Origin: Podarcis filfolensis
Taxonomy: Eukaryota
NCBI GenBank assembly: GCA_964270895.1
Contig: OZ185438.1
Strand: one strand, 5' to 3'
Length of the DNA: 64,000 nucleotides
The position numbers were made by a program, and so were the translations under genes. Below the pieces are notes generated by a model. It saw only the letters and a list, made by a program, of their open reading frames with translations. It did no database searches and was not told the DNA's origin. Shown in pieces: positions 14,155-26,430 of the stretch; within the stretch, counting starts at the first letter, position 1; each line of letters starts with the position of its first letter.

Positions 14155-14351
14155 ATTTTTTTTAAAAAAAGTTTTTTTATGAAGGGACAAAAGTTCCAGA
14201 GCATCCCTACTAGGAACTGAGTCTTGCTGAACTCAGCAGGAATTTATTTCTGGGTAAATATGCAGAGAATTTAAAAGTGCTATATTCCACATTTCCACCA
14301 AATATAAGTCTCCAAGGCAGCCCACAACAAATAGGTGCCATCCATTACAAC

Positions 14352-15082
14352 TGTTACCGGAAAAATCCGAGGGCTCCCTTGGACAAAAAGTAAAGACACC
14401 AACCAGAGTAACCTGGAGCAAATCAGCAGCCTGTAGGCTTGGCCTTTATTGAACTGTTGCAACAGGGTGTTCCCCTCACTTGCAGGAGAGAGGAAAGACA
14501 CAGAAAAATGGTGTGCAAGACCTTATAAAAACTTTTGAAATTCCCATCCCCTAGGTCAAGCCCACCCCCAGAAACATCATGCATACATTACAGAAAGGAG
14601 GGGTTGAGGGAGGAGTTGTGTTGGTAACCTGAGTGTCCTGTCACCTGGCTGGTTCCCTTCTCCTCCTCCCCCCCCCATGAGTCATTTTCTGAAGACAAAA
14701 GGTAGTCGCAGTTTCCTGCCCCCTGAGGGAAGATCTGATCATTGTCCTTTGTTCCAGTCCATGCTGAATCCACTCCCATATGCAAGTTCTTTGTGATCTT
14801 GATTGTCTTCTGTCTAGGACCATCAGGGTTGGCATAGCAACTGGGCAGGGCTCCTGTGGATGTGCTGGGATGGTGAAGGGATTATGGTTGGCCTGTATCA
14901 AACCTTCCCCATTTTGTAGTCCTTCCTTCATGGAGTAAAATAAAAGTGGAACAGTGCAAATCCGATGTATGGTTGATTTTCTATGAATTTATAACAGAAG
15001 CGTAGCGTATGTAGTGTGTGAGTGTGAATGTGTGTGAAGTTTGTACAAACTGAATGATGGGGGGGCGGGGTTTCCTGCTACA
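14352..15082 (-). mobile_element. solo LTR (ERV1/Gypsy-type, 4-bp TSD)
   Basis: TG...CA termini (minus TGTAGC...TAACA), 4-bp TSD caac at 14348-14351 and 15083-15086; TATAA (14523-14527) then AATAAA (14445-14450) on the minus strand near the 3' end. Confidence 0.65.
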
Positions 15083-16522
15083 CAACAAAATAAGAACCAG
15101 TGAATATAAACATAAAACAACAGCAGATCTAACAGCTGAACACCAAGTAAGCGAAACAAATAAACTAACTCCAATCAGATGCTGCCAAAGGTCAGGGCAA
15201 ATAAATTTTTAGGTTGCAGCTAAAAGATAACAAATGTAGGAATCTGATGAATATATAGTGTGTATATAGTTTTTGTTTGGCATATGCCACCTGCATGTTA
15301 ACTGAGTCGGTATCATTATTCTCAGAAATATTAAGCCAGTTTTAGCTGCTGAAAAATGGCAGCAGAATGGAGGGTGAACCTGGGCACGCAAGATTATTTT
15401 CTAAATAGCTGTTATGAACTAAAGCTTTAAAAAGCATTAAGAGCGTCAATGGTACATCCAGTTGACAATCGGAAGCAAAAATATAAGAATACAAAGGGCG
15501 AAATGAAGTGAAACAAAAACAAAACTTGACTGTGCAGAGAGAGAAAATGAGTGTGTTGTAAATCTGACTCTTCGCAGCTTCAGTGAGGATCACACCACAT
15601 TTCACACCTGTACACTTCCATTGTCATTAGTGATCTATAGGTGTTAATTGTCAAGCGAAAAAGCATTTGGTACTCCTGCAACACAGAGGGCCAGGGTCAG
15701 ACTTAGGTTATTTTGTTGACTCAGGTGAAGGAAAAGATGGTGTGTTTGCTTTAAGCATCCATATCTTGCTGTCCATCCCCTCATTATGCAAGAGCATTTC
15801 CTCAGCAGTGTCATGAAGTCATCCTGACATCTGGCTTAATCATGGCATCTCTTTTGAGATCTCTACAGAAAGTAGCTCTTCAGAATTTATCTGTATGTAC
15901 GATGCATCACAAGCTCTATTTTGTTCATAGAAATATCTGTGACCTGTTATCTCTTTGCAAAATGCAAAGCCAAAGCATGATTGAACAGTTGAAGAACTCT
16001 TAATTTTTATTATGTTCACTTTGGTTTTGAATGAAGTGCAAACTATAACTGGTACAATTAACTAACCTTAGTCAATTAAGACTTCTTTCTCCAGACTCAG
16101 GATAGGAAAATTAGTGCCGATACAAAGGCCTGAATAACTTTTGTGTGCTTTTAGAGCAAGATTATTCACTTTCCTCCCTTTACTTGTGACTTTACTGATT
16201 TTTTTATTGTTGGCTATCCAACGAAACCCCACACATATTCCCAGGTTTAGAGTGACAGATTCACACTATTTCCAAGTAACTAATTTCTTAATATTTCAAT
16301 AATTAAAATTTCGAAGTTATTGCAAATCCAGTTTTACAATGTTTTAAAAAAGAAAAAAAATCATTCTTGGTGCAGAAAGCGAAAGAACTTCATTTTAATT
16401 AGTAAACGTTTTAAATAATGTCTATGTTTTAAACTTCATACAGCAGTAGCATTTCCCATACTATGACAACCTGCCACACTTCGCTCTGACCTTAGAAGCA
16501 GCTTGACGTAAACACAAAACTT

Positions 16523-16773
16523 GTGGTGTAGTGGTTAAGAGCAGTAGTCACGTAATCTGGTGAACTGGGTTCGCGTCTCCGCTCCTCCACATGCAGCTGC
16601 TGGGTGACCTTGGGCTAGTCACACTTCTCTGAAGTCTCTCAGCCCCACTCACCTCACAGAGTGTTTGTTGTGGGGGAGGAAGGGAAAGGAGAATGTTAGC
16701 TGCTTTGAGACTCCTTAGGGTAGTGATAAAGCGGGATATCAAATCCAAACTCGTCTTCTTCTTCTTCTTCTTT
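16523..16773 (+). mobile_element. tRNA-derived squamate SINE (Squam3-like) with (CTT)n tail
   Basis: A-box tggtgtagtggttaaga, CORE-like gggtgaccttgggctagtcac, L2-like 3' part and microsatellite tail; related copies at 22778 and 57007. The family name is from memory. Confidence 0.8.
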
Positions 16774-17029
16774 TAGCGAATTGACTGTCAAATAAAAATT
16801 ACTCATTTCAAACCTTACTGGGAATTTCCCCCTTTCACCCATTTGCTCCTTGGTTCCCAGGGAGAAATATGGCAACGTAAAGATCACTAGGAAATGAGGG
16901 AGTCTGAAGGAGTGGAAGGGGATTGTGTAGGTGCTGAAATGGGTCTTGTGCATAGTCAAGTGTCATATATTCCCATTGGCTGATAGATCTGTTATGGTGA
17001 TGGAGTGCAACTAGGAGCAATCATGGCTT

Positions 17030-18090
17030 CAGCAAGGCACTCCAAAACGCGACTCTGCCTCTGTAGCAAGGCAGCTCTCTTGGCGATCCACCGCCCAAAA
17101 GCAGCATCTGACTGCCTCGTAGCGGTGTCCATCTGTTCACCGAACACTTGTACTGACATGCCTCATGCACCAGGCTGAAACTTGTCCGTCCTGAAATCTG
17201 TGCTCAGCTTTACATTTGTCCAGCTCATAAAAGGAGCTCTGACCGCCCTATTTTCTGTGTCTGTGGCAACATTTGCTAAGTTCTTTGTGATCTGTACACA
17301 ATCACAGTCTTCTTCCTGTTCCTCAGCCTTGCTGTCCTCTGTGCATTGGTTAATGGCACCTCTTCTAGCACTAACTCATGTTGCTGTGTGTGATTCTTGC
17401 CTTATAAGTGTGGTGGTGGGGGAAGAGTGAGAAGGGAATTGTTAGAACTCTCTTTTCTCATGAATTGGGTGCGAAGTTATGCTGGGAGAGTAAAGTGCAA
17501 TGTTCAGTTGGGCTTAGGGGGGGATAGGAACACACTGGTAGTGGGTGTGTTGCCTCTTTGCTTGAAGTGGAGCCGGTAGGACCAGACATTTCCTGAACAG
17601 CGGCATCAGCTATAGTGACCATTTCTTTCCTCTACTCGCGGCCTGAGAGCCAATTTGTAGGGAAGGCCTTAGTGAGTCACATGTTCCTGGGGCAGCTGGA
17701 GTCTGGTCTGGATGTAGTCACGGTACTGATCTGGGTCTATTCCACTGATACTGGTCAGAGACACTGATGCCAAAAACCACAATATAGAGGACCACCCTAG
17801 GTTCCACTCCCAAGTGCTTGTGAGTGGTGACCTCCTTCCAAACATTCATTTTCTTCCAACAGTAGGTGGCACTGCAGTGGCAGCTCCACAGGCACATCTC
17901 CTTGTTGAGCCAGGCAGAAATGATATATCTTGGCAAGACCAATGTGCTAGTGTGGCAAGATTCAGAGATCAATGAACACTGAGTGCTCTTCAAATGGCCA
18001 GAATTCTGCTCTTACTCTCTAGGATGCCATCTGTTGACAGCCATGGACTCTCATGATGGCACATCTGCTGGTTCCTTTTGTTGCCAGGGA
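17030..18090 (-). mobile_element. possible degenerate PIF/Harbinger Myb/SANT-type ORF remnant
   Basis: Broken minus-strand frames give LTNAQRTARLRNRKK, GHLKSTQC and a coiled-coil-like FGRWIAKRAALLQRQSRVLECL, loosely like reptile Harbinger Myb-like proteins; many stops; no TIRs found. Confidence 0.25.
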
Positions 18091-18108
18091 GATGATATTA
18101 TATCTCCC

Positions 18109-18392
18109 TGGGAAACACAGGCCTGCGAGCACTCCAACTGGAGAACAGCCTTTACCAAAGGCGTCATCGGTTTTGAAGACGCTCGAACTCAGGACGAAAG
18201 GGAGAAACGTGCTAAGAGGAAGGCACATCTGGCAAATCCTCACCGTGAGCAACTCTCACCCGGAAACCTACGTCCCCACTGTGGAAGGAAGTGTGGATCC
18301 AGAATTGGCCTCCACAGTCACTTACGGACTCGCTGTTAAAACTGTGTTTATGGAAGACAATCTTACTCGACTACAAGTGATCGCCAAAGAAG
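18109..18392 (+). mobile_element. RTE-clade LINE 3' end (family distinct from Bov-B)
   Basis: WETQACEHSNWRTAFTKGV...PHCGRKCGSRIGLHSHLRT* is the C-terminal C2H2-like motif of RTE ORFs, followed by a short 3'UTR. Confidence 0.85.
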
Positions 18393-19479
18393 GACTGTAT
18401 CATTATCATCATCGCCATCATTTATATCCCACCTATTTTGCAAAAAACATGGTGTACATGGTTCTCCCCTTCCTCATTTAATCTCCACAACAACCCTGTG
18501 AGGCAGAGGCTGTGCTGAAAGGTTTTCACTCTAATTCTACTACGGGTCTGGCAACTCCATATCTAAAAGTATATACAGGACTGCACATGTTCTGCATTTT
18601 TAAAACTTTCTCAGTTTTATCCATGTGAATGCCTGGTTTTATTTCTTCCAGATGACTGCACGTATAAATTGTTGCTACCATTTAATAAGGTTAAGTTGGA
18701 ATATCATTATATCCTGTTCATTAAACTTCATTGCTTTGCTATTTATCCCTCTACGGATGTTAGTAAGAAGTAGCGAGCTACGCCTCTCCTTGGCAGCATG
18801 GCACCTGCAGTGCAAAGCTGTTTCTTGTGAGGATGGGGAGGTAGAAGAGCGGGGTGGGGAAAAAGCTCCTTTCTAAGCAGAGTTAAGAGGAAGTTCTTCA
18901 GGCAAAGCACCATTGAAAGTCACTTAGACTTGAGCGTGATTTTTGTTTCCACACTGCTCTTGCAGCCGGGCTCTATAGGTTGGCATAAGCCTGGGGAGGG
19001 GCAGGCAAACAAACCATGCTGACGACATGCCATATTAGGACACGCCACAGTTCACAAGTCAACAAGAAACCATAGTCAATGGTTTGCATGATGAGACAAA
19101 CCACAGTTGGGTAAAAACCAGCTGTGTGAACCAGCTCAACATCTTCATTCCGATATCACTCCATTTGACAATTGCTTACTAGAGATTTGTGTAATCTTTG
19201 CTTATCCTTTTTCGAGATAGAACTCGATAAATACATGCGTGTGAATCAGCAACTGATAGCTTATGATGCACCAGCGCCATTAAAGACTATTGAAGAGAGG
19301 GGCTTCTCTGTGGCAGCCCCAAAATTGTGCACTTCTCTCCTCCTCACAGAGGTGTGCTCTGCATCAACATTACGCAGTTTCCACCACAAGCTCTTTATAT
19401 GGGCTTTGACACCATATCAGTAGATAGGACCCAACCTACTCTTGTGAGTAATTCACATTCAACTGTTTTAGCTCCATAA

Positions 19480-19626
19480 AGCTGGGTTAGCTCAGTTGGT
19501 GGAGCATGAGACTCTTACTCTCAGGGTTGTGGGTTTGAGCCCCACATTGGCCAAAGAGATTCCTAGATTGCATGGGATTGGACTAGATGACCCATGTGGT
19601 CCCATCCAATTCTACAATTCTATGAT
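19480..19626 (+). mobile_element. tRNA(Lys)-derived SINE with CR1-type (ATTCTATG) tail (Squam2-like)
   Basis: gctgggttagctcagttggtggagcatgagactctt... is tRNA-Lys(CTT)-like, joined to ctagatgaccc...ttctacaattctatgat. Confidence 0.8.
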
Positions 19627-20627
19627 ATTGTAATTTAAGCAACTGTAACACTCCATCTTTGGACCCCAAAGTAAATGGTAGGCCTGTTGTTGTTGTTGTT
19701 GTTATGCCTGAGCTAATGTCAGGGGATGTACAATCTCAGGCTTCTTGACTATTGAAGGATAGGAACAAATTTTAGAAATAAGCAAATGAATTACTGAATG
19801 CTGCACCTATTGACTGATATCTATCCATGCATGCATGCAATTTAATAATGCCAGTATCTAGTGATGACATCCAGTGTGAAGCAGCTCTCAAAATCAATTG
19901 GAAAACAAGAATCCTGACTTATTTCTGTACCTGAAACCAGATATCAGAACCATTTCTTCTGGACACCTTGGAAACAGGCCCACAAAAACCAATCGGCCAA
20001 TAAAAATAAATGGGTGGTTTTGAACTGGAAAAGGCTAATAAACTGTGTACAAAATGAAGGATCCTCAAATTTAAGGCTGTAGGCTCAAGAGTTGTTTGTA
20101 AACATTTGGTCACAATCCTATTAACTCCAGACAGAATGGCCATGCAAACCAAGACTGAAAAAGAGGTGAGTGCCTATAACAGGATAAAAAAGCCCTATAG
20201 CTCAGTGAAAGTCCTCAGACAACAAAGCCAACATCTGAACAAATGCTACATTTCCTTTGGTGGTGAAACGGGGAGGGGTGGCACCTGAGGCATCCTGGCT
20301 GCTAACAAAAGCACGTTGCTTCAAAAAAGGAAATAACTGACAGTTTCCAGCAAACTTTCAAACAAACAGGAAGCTAAGTGAAAAAAGAAAAAAAGAAAAG
20401 AAAAACCAAGCGACAGGCATACGGCGTATTTAGCTTCAAACAATCATAAAACTGTAAAGACAAGAACTGTGAATATCTGTGCTACCAAATCCAAATATTG
20501 CTGAAATAATCGCCATACTCAGTGTATTGGTGCATTTAAGCGCTGTTAAAGGGCAGGGACGTCCTATTATCAACAAAGACACCACAGCAAAAATTACAAA
20601 CAAATTCTGGACAATTTTTTTTAAATA

Positions 20628-20676
<49 letters not shown>
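20628..20676. repeat. (TATC)n microsatellite
   Basis: About 12 perfect TATC units. Confidence 0.95.
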
Positions 20677-21483
20677 CCAAAGTGTTTCAGGTACGGTTAA
20701 TTGTTGTGTTTTACTGTCACAATATCTGACAAAACCTATGGTCAAGATTTCAGAGTGCTGAAAGCCAGGGACAATTTTCACCGACACTATCTGGCTTTCA
20801 AAATTCATATCAAGCAATTCATGCCCTCATGAACTCAAGGCTATAAATATATTTTGAGCAAGGCTGAAGCTAGCGATAAATGTGGTGAGCCTTCTAACCA
20901 GAGAGGTCATTGCGAGCACACAGTATTGGCACGCTGAAACTCTGGCTTCCAGGCACAATTCATGAAACTTAGATTTGACCTATAAAGCATTTAGACCTAA
21001 ATGGCAAGTGCACATAAAGAGGAACTTTCCATGGCTGACCTACCAATTACAGAATTCACTCCCCTAGAAGCTAAACCTACCTTGAATGTGGCTGAGCTGG
21101 ATGGAGACAGTGAAGTGGGCAGGAATACAGTTCAATGGGTGGAGCCTTGCCATTTTTATTGTTCCTTCTGTCTTGCTGCCCTTCTTCACATTTCTTAAAG
21201 ACGCAAATCCATTAGGATCTCCATTTTTTAAAAAAACACAACCCAAGGAATTTATTAAGAACCAAGTAAGACTTTAACATGGCAGGGACCGCAGGAAGCG
21301 ATTAAACCTTCCCTCACTTCATGGTCTTCCTTCTGCTAGCTATTAACTGGCATGGAGGGCAGGTGAGGAAGAAGACTGGCATCCTTTGCCAGTGCCAATC
21401 CAATTCAGGGACCAAGTAGCCATTATTCTTTTAAAAAAAGAAAAAGAAAGATCCTAATCATAGATCTCCCATCACATCTATTA

Positions 21484-21837
21484 GGTAAAGGTAAAGGGAC
21501 CCCTGACCATTAGGTCCAGTCGTGACTGACTCTAGGGTTGCGGCGCTCATCTCGCTTTATGGGCCGAGGGAGCCGGCGTACAGCTTCTGGGTCATGTGGC
21601 CAGCATGACTAAGCTGCTTCTAGCGAACCAGAGCAGCGCACGGAAACGCCGTTTACCTTCCCGCTGGAGCGGTACCTATTTATCTACTCGCACTTTGATG
21701 TGCTTTGGAACTGCTAGGTTGGCAGGAGCAGGGACCGAGCAACGGGAGCTCACCCTGTTGCGGGGATTCGAACTGCCGACCTTCTGATCAGCAAGTCCTG
21801 GGCTCTGTGGTTTAACCCACAGCGCCACCCACGTCCC
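21484..21837 (-). mobile_element. Sauria SINE, full length
   Basis: Reverse-complement consensus; TSD atcacatctatta at 21471-21483 and 21838-21850. Confidence 0.93.
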
Positions 21838-22777
21838 ATCACATCTATTAAGATAAGGTAAAAGTTCACTTTTTATTTTTTTGAAATTATCATTCCCAAT
21901 TCATTGAAAGAGACATCTAAAATTGATGAAGCCATGGTTTATAAATAATTTGTATGTTGTTTGGATGAATACACAGTACTCTTTTTGGTGCTATATATTA
22001 TCAGTTTACATATACATGCTTTGGTGAGCATTGGGATAAATGTGCCTTTTAATTTTTTTGGGTCAAATTTTCAGGAAATGAACTGAGAGTGAAAAAGGAA
22101 AAGAAGCTATCTTGCTATAAAGAGGTAAACAAATCTTCGCTATTGGGCAAATGCTGTTAATTTGCGCGGTTTTTCTGTTTAAACAACTATCAGCAACTAC
22201 AATCAAAACACCAAACAGCACAATGTGTTCTGTTACATCAGCATCTAATTATACATCAGAACCATGTGTCTGAAGCCTTACTGCCTTCAAAGATATACAG
22301 CCTCATTTTCATTAAATGGAACATGAAGTCAAGACCTTTGATTGACAAGGCACTGATCACACTTCACGCAAGACACTCTAACCTAAAAAAACACGTCTCT
22401 GTTCTGATACAAATTCACACTCGGTTGCACATCTACAATGGAGTTCTCACCCAGGCCCTGTTGGACTGTGTGTGTGAGCATTTTGAGGTGGGCAGGATCT
22501 GTCTCCCCATTCCAGATTAATAGTTACCTACCACTAGGGCTAGAGATGAATCATGATATGGTTTTTGTCTCACTATCAACAGGCAAAATTAAGCTGGTTC
22601 ACTGAAAATCCAGGCAGGGGCATGGTGGGTGGGAATGATATCTTAACTGGTAAAAACTCTTGCTTTGTGTCATCAAAAGGACACTTTTTTAACATATATT
22701 TTTATTGGTAGATGCTGGGGCATGGTGAATTCTTAAAAGGAAGATGGGGCACCATCTTTACAGGATTGTATGCACAT

Positions 22778-23035
22778 GAAGAAGAAGAAGAAGAAGAGAA
22801 GAAGAGTTTGGACTTGATATCCCGCCTTTCACTCCCCTTCAGGAGTCTCAAAGCGGCTAACAATCTCCTTTCCCTTCCTCCCCCACAACAAACTCTCTGT
22901 GAGGTGAGTGGGGCTGAGAGACTTCAAAGAAGTGTGACTGGCCCAAGGTCACCCAGCAGCTGCATATGGAGGAGCGGAGACACGAACCCGGTTCCCCAGA
23001 TTACGAGACTACCGCTCTTAACCACTACACCACAC
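22778..23035 (-). mobile_element. Squam3-like SINE
   Basis: Reverse complement of the 16523-16773 family, with (GAA)n tail. Confidence 0.8.
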
Positions 23036-23733
23036 CGTTGAAGGCTGGCTAGTGAAGGACCCTGTGTGAGAGGCAGGGAAGGGAAGATTTCCTAAGGTGA
23101 GGGGGCTGGGAAAAGAGAGGATCCACCCACTTCTCAGTGAGACAAGGATTGAGATCTACCTTTGAATGAGGGCCTTCTATTTTCTTTGCTCTTCTTTGTT
23201 TGTGCTTTCAATTTAGATTAGTTTTCTTAATTGTATTGTATGATGAAAAGATTCACTTAAATTTATTGGGGGAACTAGGAAAACTTATTATCATTACCCC
23301 AGCATCATTATCCTGTCTACTTTTCCATTCTGTCAATCACAGCCAATTATGTGAAGTGGAAGTGGAGGAACACTGCAAAATGATATCAGGAAACTGCGTA
23401 AGTTTGGCAACTCAGTCTAGTACATTTAAAGCAAGCAATGAGTTGCATCATAAATAAGAAATCCCATATGAGAGAGAAAGACTATGTGCTTCTGGTACAT
23501 ATTTGCAAATAATCACATGAAATGCACCACCTATCCCACCACAGATTTGCATTTCTGCTCACTCATGTAAAGATAAAAAATTAGGTCTCCAGGAGGCAGT
23601 AACTGAATTCGGCAAAGGACAAAACATAGCAGCAAATAAATGGTAGTAATAAATATAGAAACATGGAGAGGAAGGAACACACAAACAAAAGGTATAGGAT
23701 TATAAAAGACAGGGAAACAGGCATCACTTAGAG

Positions 23734-24088
23734 GAGTGATTTTCAACCAGGGTGCCGTGAAGGGTGGTCAGAGGTGCTGCAAGCAACACTGGCCCCTGCA
23801 CCTCTTTCCTTCCATCCCTCTTCTGATGCCCTCTTATATCTCCTCTCAACTAAGGTTCTGGGGAGAAGTTCAGAGACCAGGTGTGGCAGCAGTGGCTGCC
23901 CAGAGGGTTCTCAAGGAGAGGAGGCTGAGGGAACACTCCACAAGGGAGGGTGTTCAAAAAAGGTGAGGGGCTGCCAGTTCTGCAGGCAAGGGGTGACATA
24001 AATGGGCTCCTGAGCCTCACAGGGGTGCCGCAGAATGAATGTAGTTGGTCAAGGGAGTCGTGGACTCAAAAAAGGTTGAAAACCTCTG
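23734..24088. mobile_element. older non-autonomous hAT element
   Basis: Imperfect TIRs gagtgattttcaacc / ggttgaaaacctctg; TSD eroded. Confidence 0.55.
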
Positions 24089-24987
24089 ACTCATATTCAC
24101 AATATTTATCCTCAAAGTACAAAGCAAGAACTGCTCGACTTCTTTGACGATCACATAAAATTGAGCAAATGCCACTTTTGGTTAAAGTAGAACAAAAAGC
24201 GTAACATGAGAATTTTAAGGAAATAAATTCCCAATGTAACAACTGGAGGATAAACGGAGATCATTCAACTCTTGCCGTCACTTTGGTACACGACTAGAGA
24301 AAATTCAGCATGCTATAAAACAAAGCCCAGGAGCCCACAGTCTGCACCACACGGAGGTAGCTGAGGAAGAGATAAGAGTGGTATTCAAGGATGTTGACAT
24401 TAATGGGCCCAAGTATAACTTAGTCTAATACCACTCAAAAGTTTCAGATGAGTCTAACAAATTGAAAGTTACCATGAAAGGAGACCAATCCAGCTAAAAA
24501 CAGGATCACCAGTCATTCTTCTTTAATCAGTGAAGTCCCCATGAGAAATTAAAAAATAAAGACCATTAAGAGATACGTAAAAGCTTTTGTAAATTTCACA
24601 ACAACTGCCCACGTGCACGACTCAACACAAGTATACCAACAAAAAACACAATCCAAAGTGTTGGCGCTACCAGTACACGTGACATATTTCAAAGTCTTTA
24701 TTTTTGTAGGGAAAAGCAGGGAGTGTAGCATGTGCATTCTTACGAAAATCTGATAAACAGATTAAGGACAAAAGAAAAATTTCTCTCTACTTGCATTTCC
24801 TCTTGATAATACAAAAATAGCTTCTTACAAAAACAAATTCTCTGCTGCTTAAAATTATGAGCTCCGAATTAAGAGCAAATATCCACACTCCTTTTCATAT
24901 GCAATGCTGACATGATGTTCGCCCTACAGGCGTTTTAACATAATTGGTTTCTGAAAAGAATTAATGCAAGACTCCAAAAGGACTTAC

Positions 24988-25213
24988 CCAATGTGTCTTT
25001 CAGATTTTTAACCAAGGAACCCTTCTTCAAGCTGTTCTTCCTCTCAACATAATTTGATGGCACATATCCTGTTTTGTTGGCTGCGTTTCTTACCCTCCAC
25101 CATGTTTTGGAATCATCTAACAGCCAGAGGCGTTCATTCTTCTTTATGTCAAGTTCTTGGTCCTGTTGTGCAGTGTAATCCCACTTTGCTATAACAATAA
25201 CTTCTTCTGTCAT
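24988..25213 (-). CDS. NCK2: NCK2 first coding exon (226 nt CDS, SH3-1); exon probably begins at 25229 with 16 nt of 5'UTR
   Basis: [76 protein letters not shown]. Donor TTG G|gtaagt at 24988/24987; acceptor tttcatgacag|AGGGACTCCATGAAAG-ATG. The intron 6879-24987 is phase 1. The terminal SH2 exon was not found in 1-6156. Confidence 0.97.
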
Positions 25214-25852
25214 CTTTCATGGAGTCCCTCTGTCATGAAACAAATACATTCATTGAAAAACTGCACATACTCCTCCGTTTCACCATTGAAGATTGAAAAC
25301 ATAGAGAAAGCTTTAAAAAGAAAGAACATCCTTGCAGAGCAAAAACGCTACGTTTCTGATGCAGCACTAAACCACATTCCCGTAGAATAGGTCCAGATCA
25401 GCCCCTCACCCTTTTTCTGATCTGCTTCCAACAACTTTGTGCACATGTGGCACAGTCTAAGCAGAAACTTACCTTGCCACCACACAGGTTGACTACTTCA
25501 TGATCCTACCTCAAGATTTCTCATAACACTGCATCCAATTTGTTGGGCTGCAATTCATTGCAGATGCTGGAAGTTTAGTTTCATTTTAGGGGAGAAGAGA
25601 TTATAAGCTTCAGGAGGATGTGAAGATTAGAATTAAGACAATGAGATGCAGAGTGAAAGGAAATACAACTTAAGAACGGCAAGATCAGACATTTTTGTTT
25701 TAATGGAACTCCCATAATATACTACTTGAAATCTAACCTGAACAATGAGTGTGGATGAAATATTTTGCTGAACTTCTCTAATATGATTGCTCATCCTTTG
25801 AATGAACCTGTTGTCATCCTTGGGTAAGTTTTAATCGGTTGCTAATGTTCCC

Positions 25853-26430
25853 TTTAAAAAAAATACAAAGACTTAAAATGCTCCAGAATTACTATCCTGA
25901 TCCAAAATCCAAAATTTTGTTTGTTTTCTTTTTTTCCAAATTTTGACAAAGTAATAATCATCAATAAATAATAATAAAAATGTGCACCCCTACACCGAGA
26001 CCGTTCCATTGTAACTATCCAACCTCCCAAAATTTCAACACCTCTTGCAATGGTTTGACCCCTTTCCGTTTCAACAGTACAAATTCTACAAACACCCTCC
26101 ATATCTCCTCAAAATCATTTCTCCTGCATATTCCCCATTTGCCTTAATGGCACATGTTAATTTATCATTAATAGCTATATCCCACACCTCTTTATACCAT
26201 TCTTCCATTTTATATTCTGCTTGCCCCTTCCACTTCCTAGCTATAATAATTCGTGCAGCTGTCAATAAATCTGTGAGCAAGTCCTTCATAGCCTGTAAAC
26301 CTTCCGCCCCATCGTAAATTGATAATAGTGCAACCTCTGGACTTTTGGTCAGCTTTAACTCAGTGATTTCTTTTGTTTGTTTTCTTTCATCTGAGAAGGA
26401 ACACATAAACCACAAGAGTCGAGAGTGCCA
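25853..26430 (-). mobile_element. L1 LINE ORF2 3' fragment
   Basis: EITELKLTKSPEVALLSI...LLTDLLTAARIIIARKWK...EEWYKEVWDIAINDKLT is the typical squamate L1 ORF2 C-terminus, followed by an A/T-rich 3'UTR. Confidence 0.82.

Noticed and set aside
16548-16748. Recurrent ORFs LSLPPPQQTLCEVSGAERLQRSVT (also 22712, 56841)
   Set aside because: Antisense translations of the Squam3-like SINE.
19480-19552. tRNA-Lys(CTT)-like sequence
   Set aside because: The B-box and acceptor stem are degraded, and it runs directly into a CR1-type tail shared with other copies in the window; it is a SINE head, not a tRNA gene.
25473-25565. Possible mini-exon with donor AAG|gtaagt at about 25473
   Set aside because: The donor is good, but the acceptor lacks a convincing pyrimidine tract; not supportable without RNA data.
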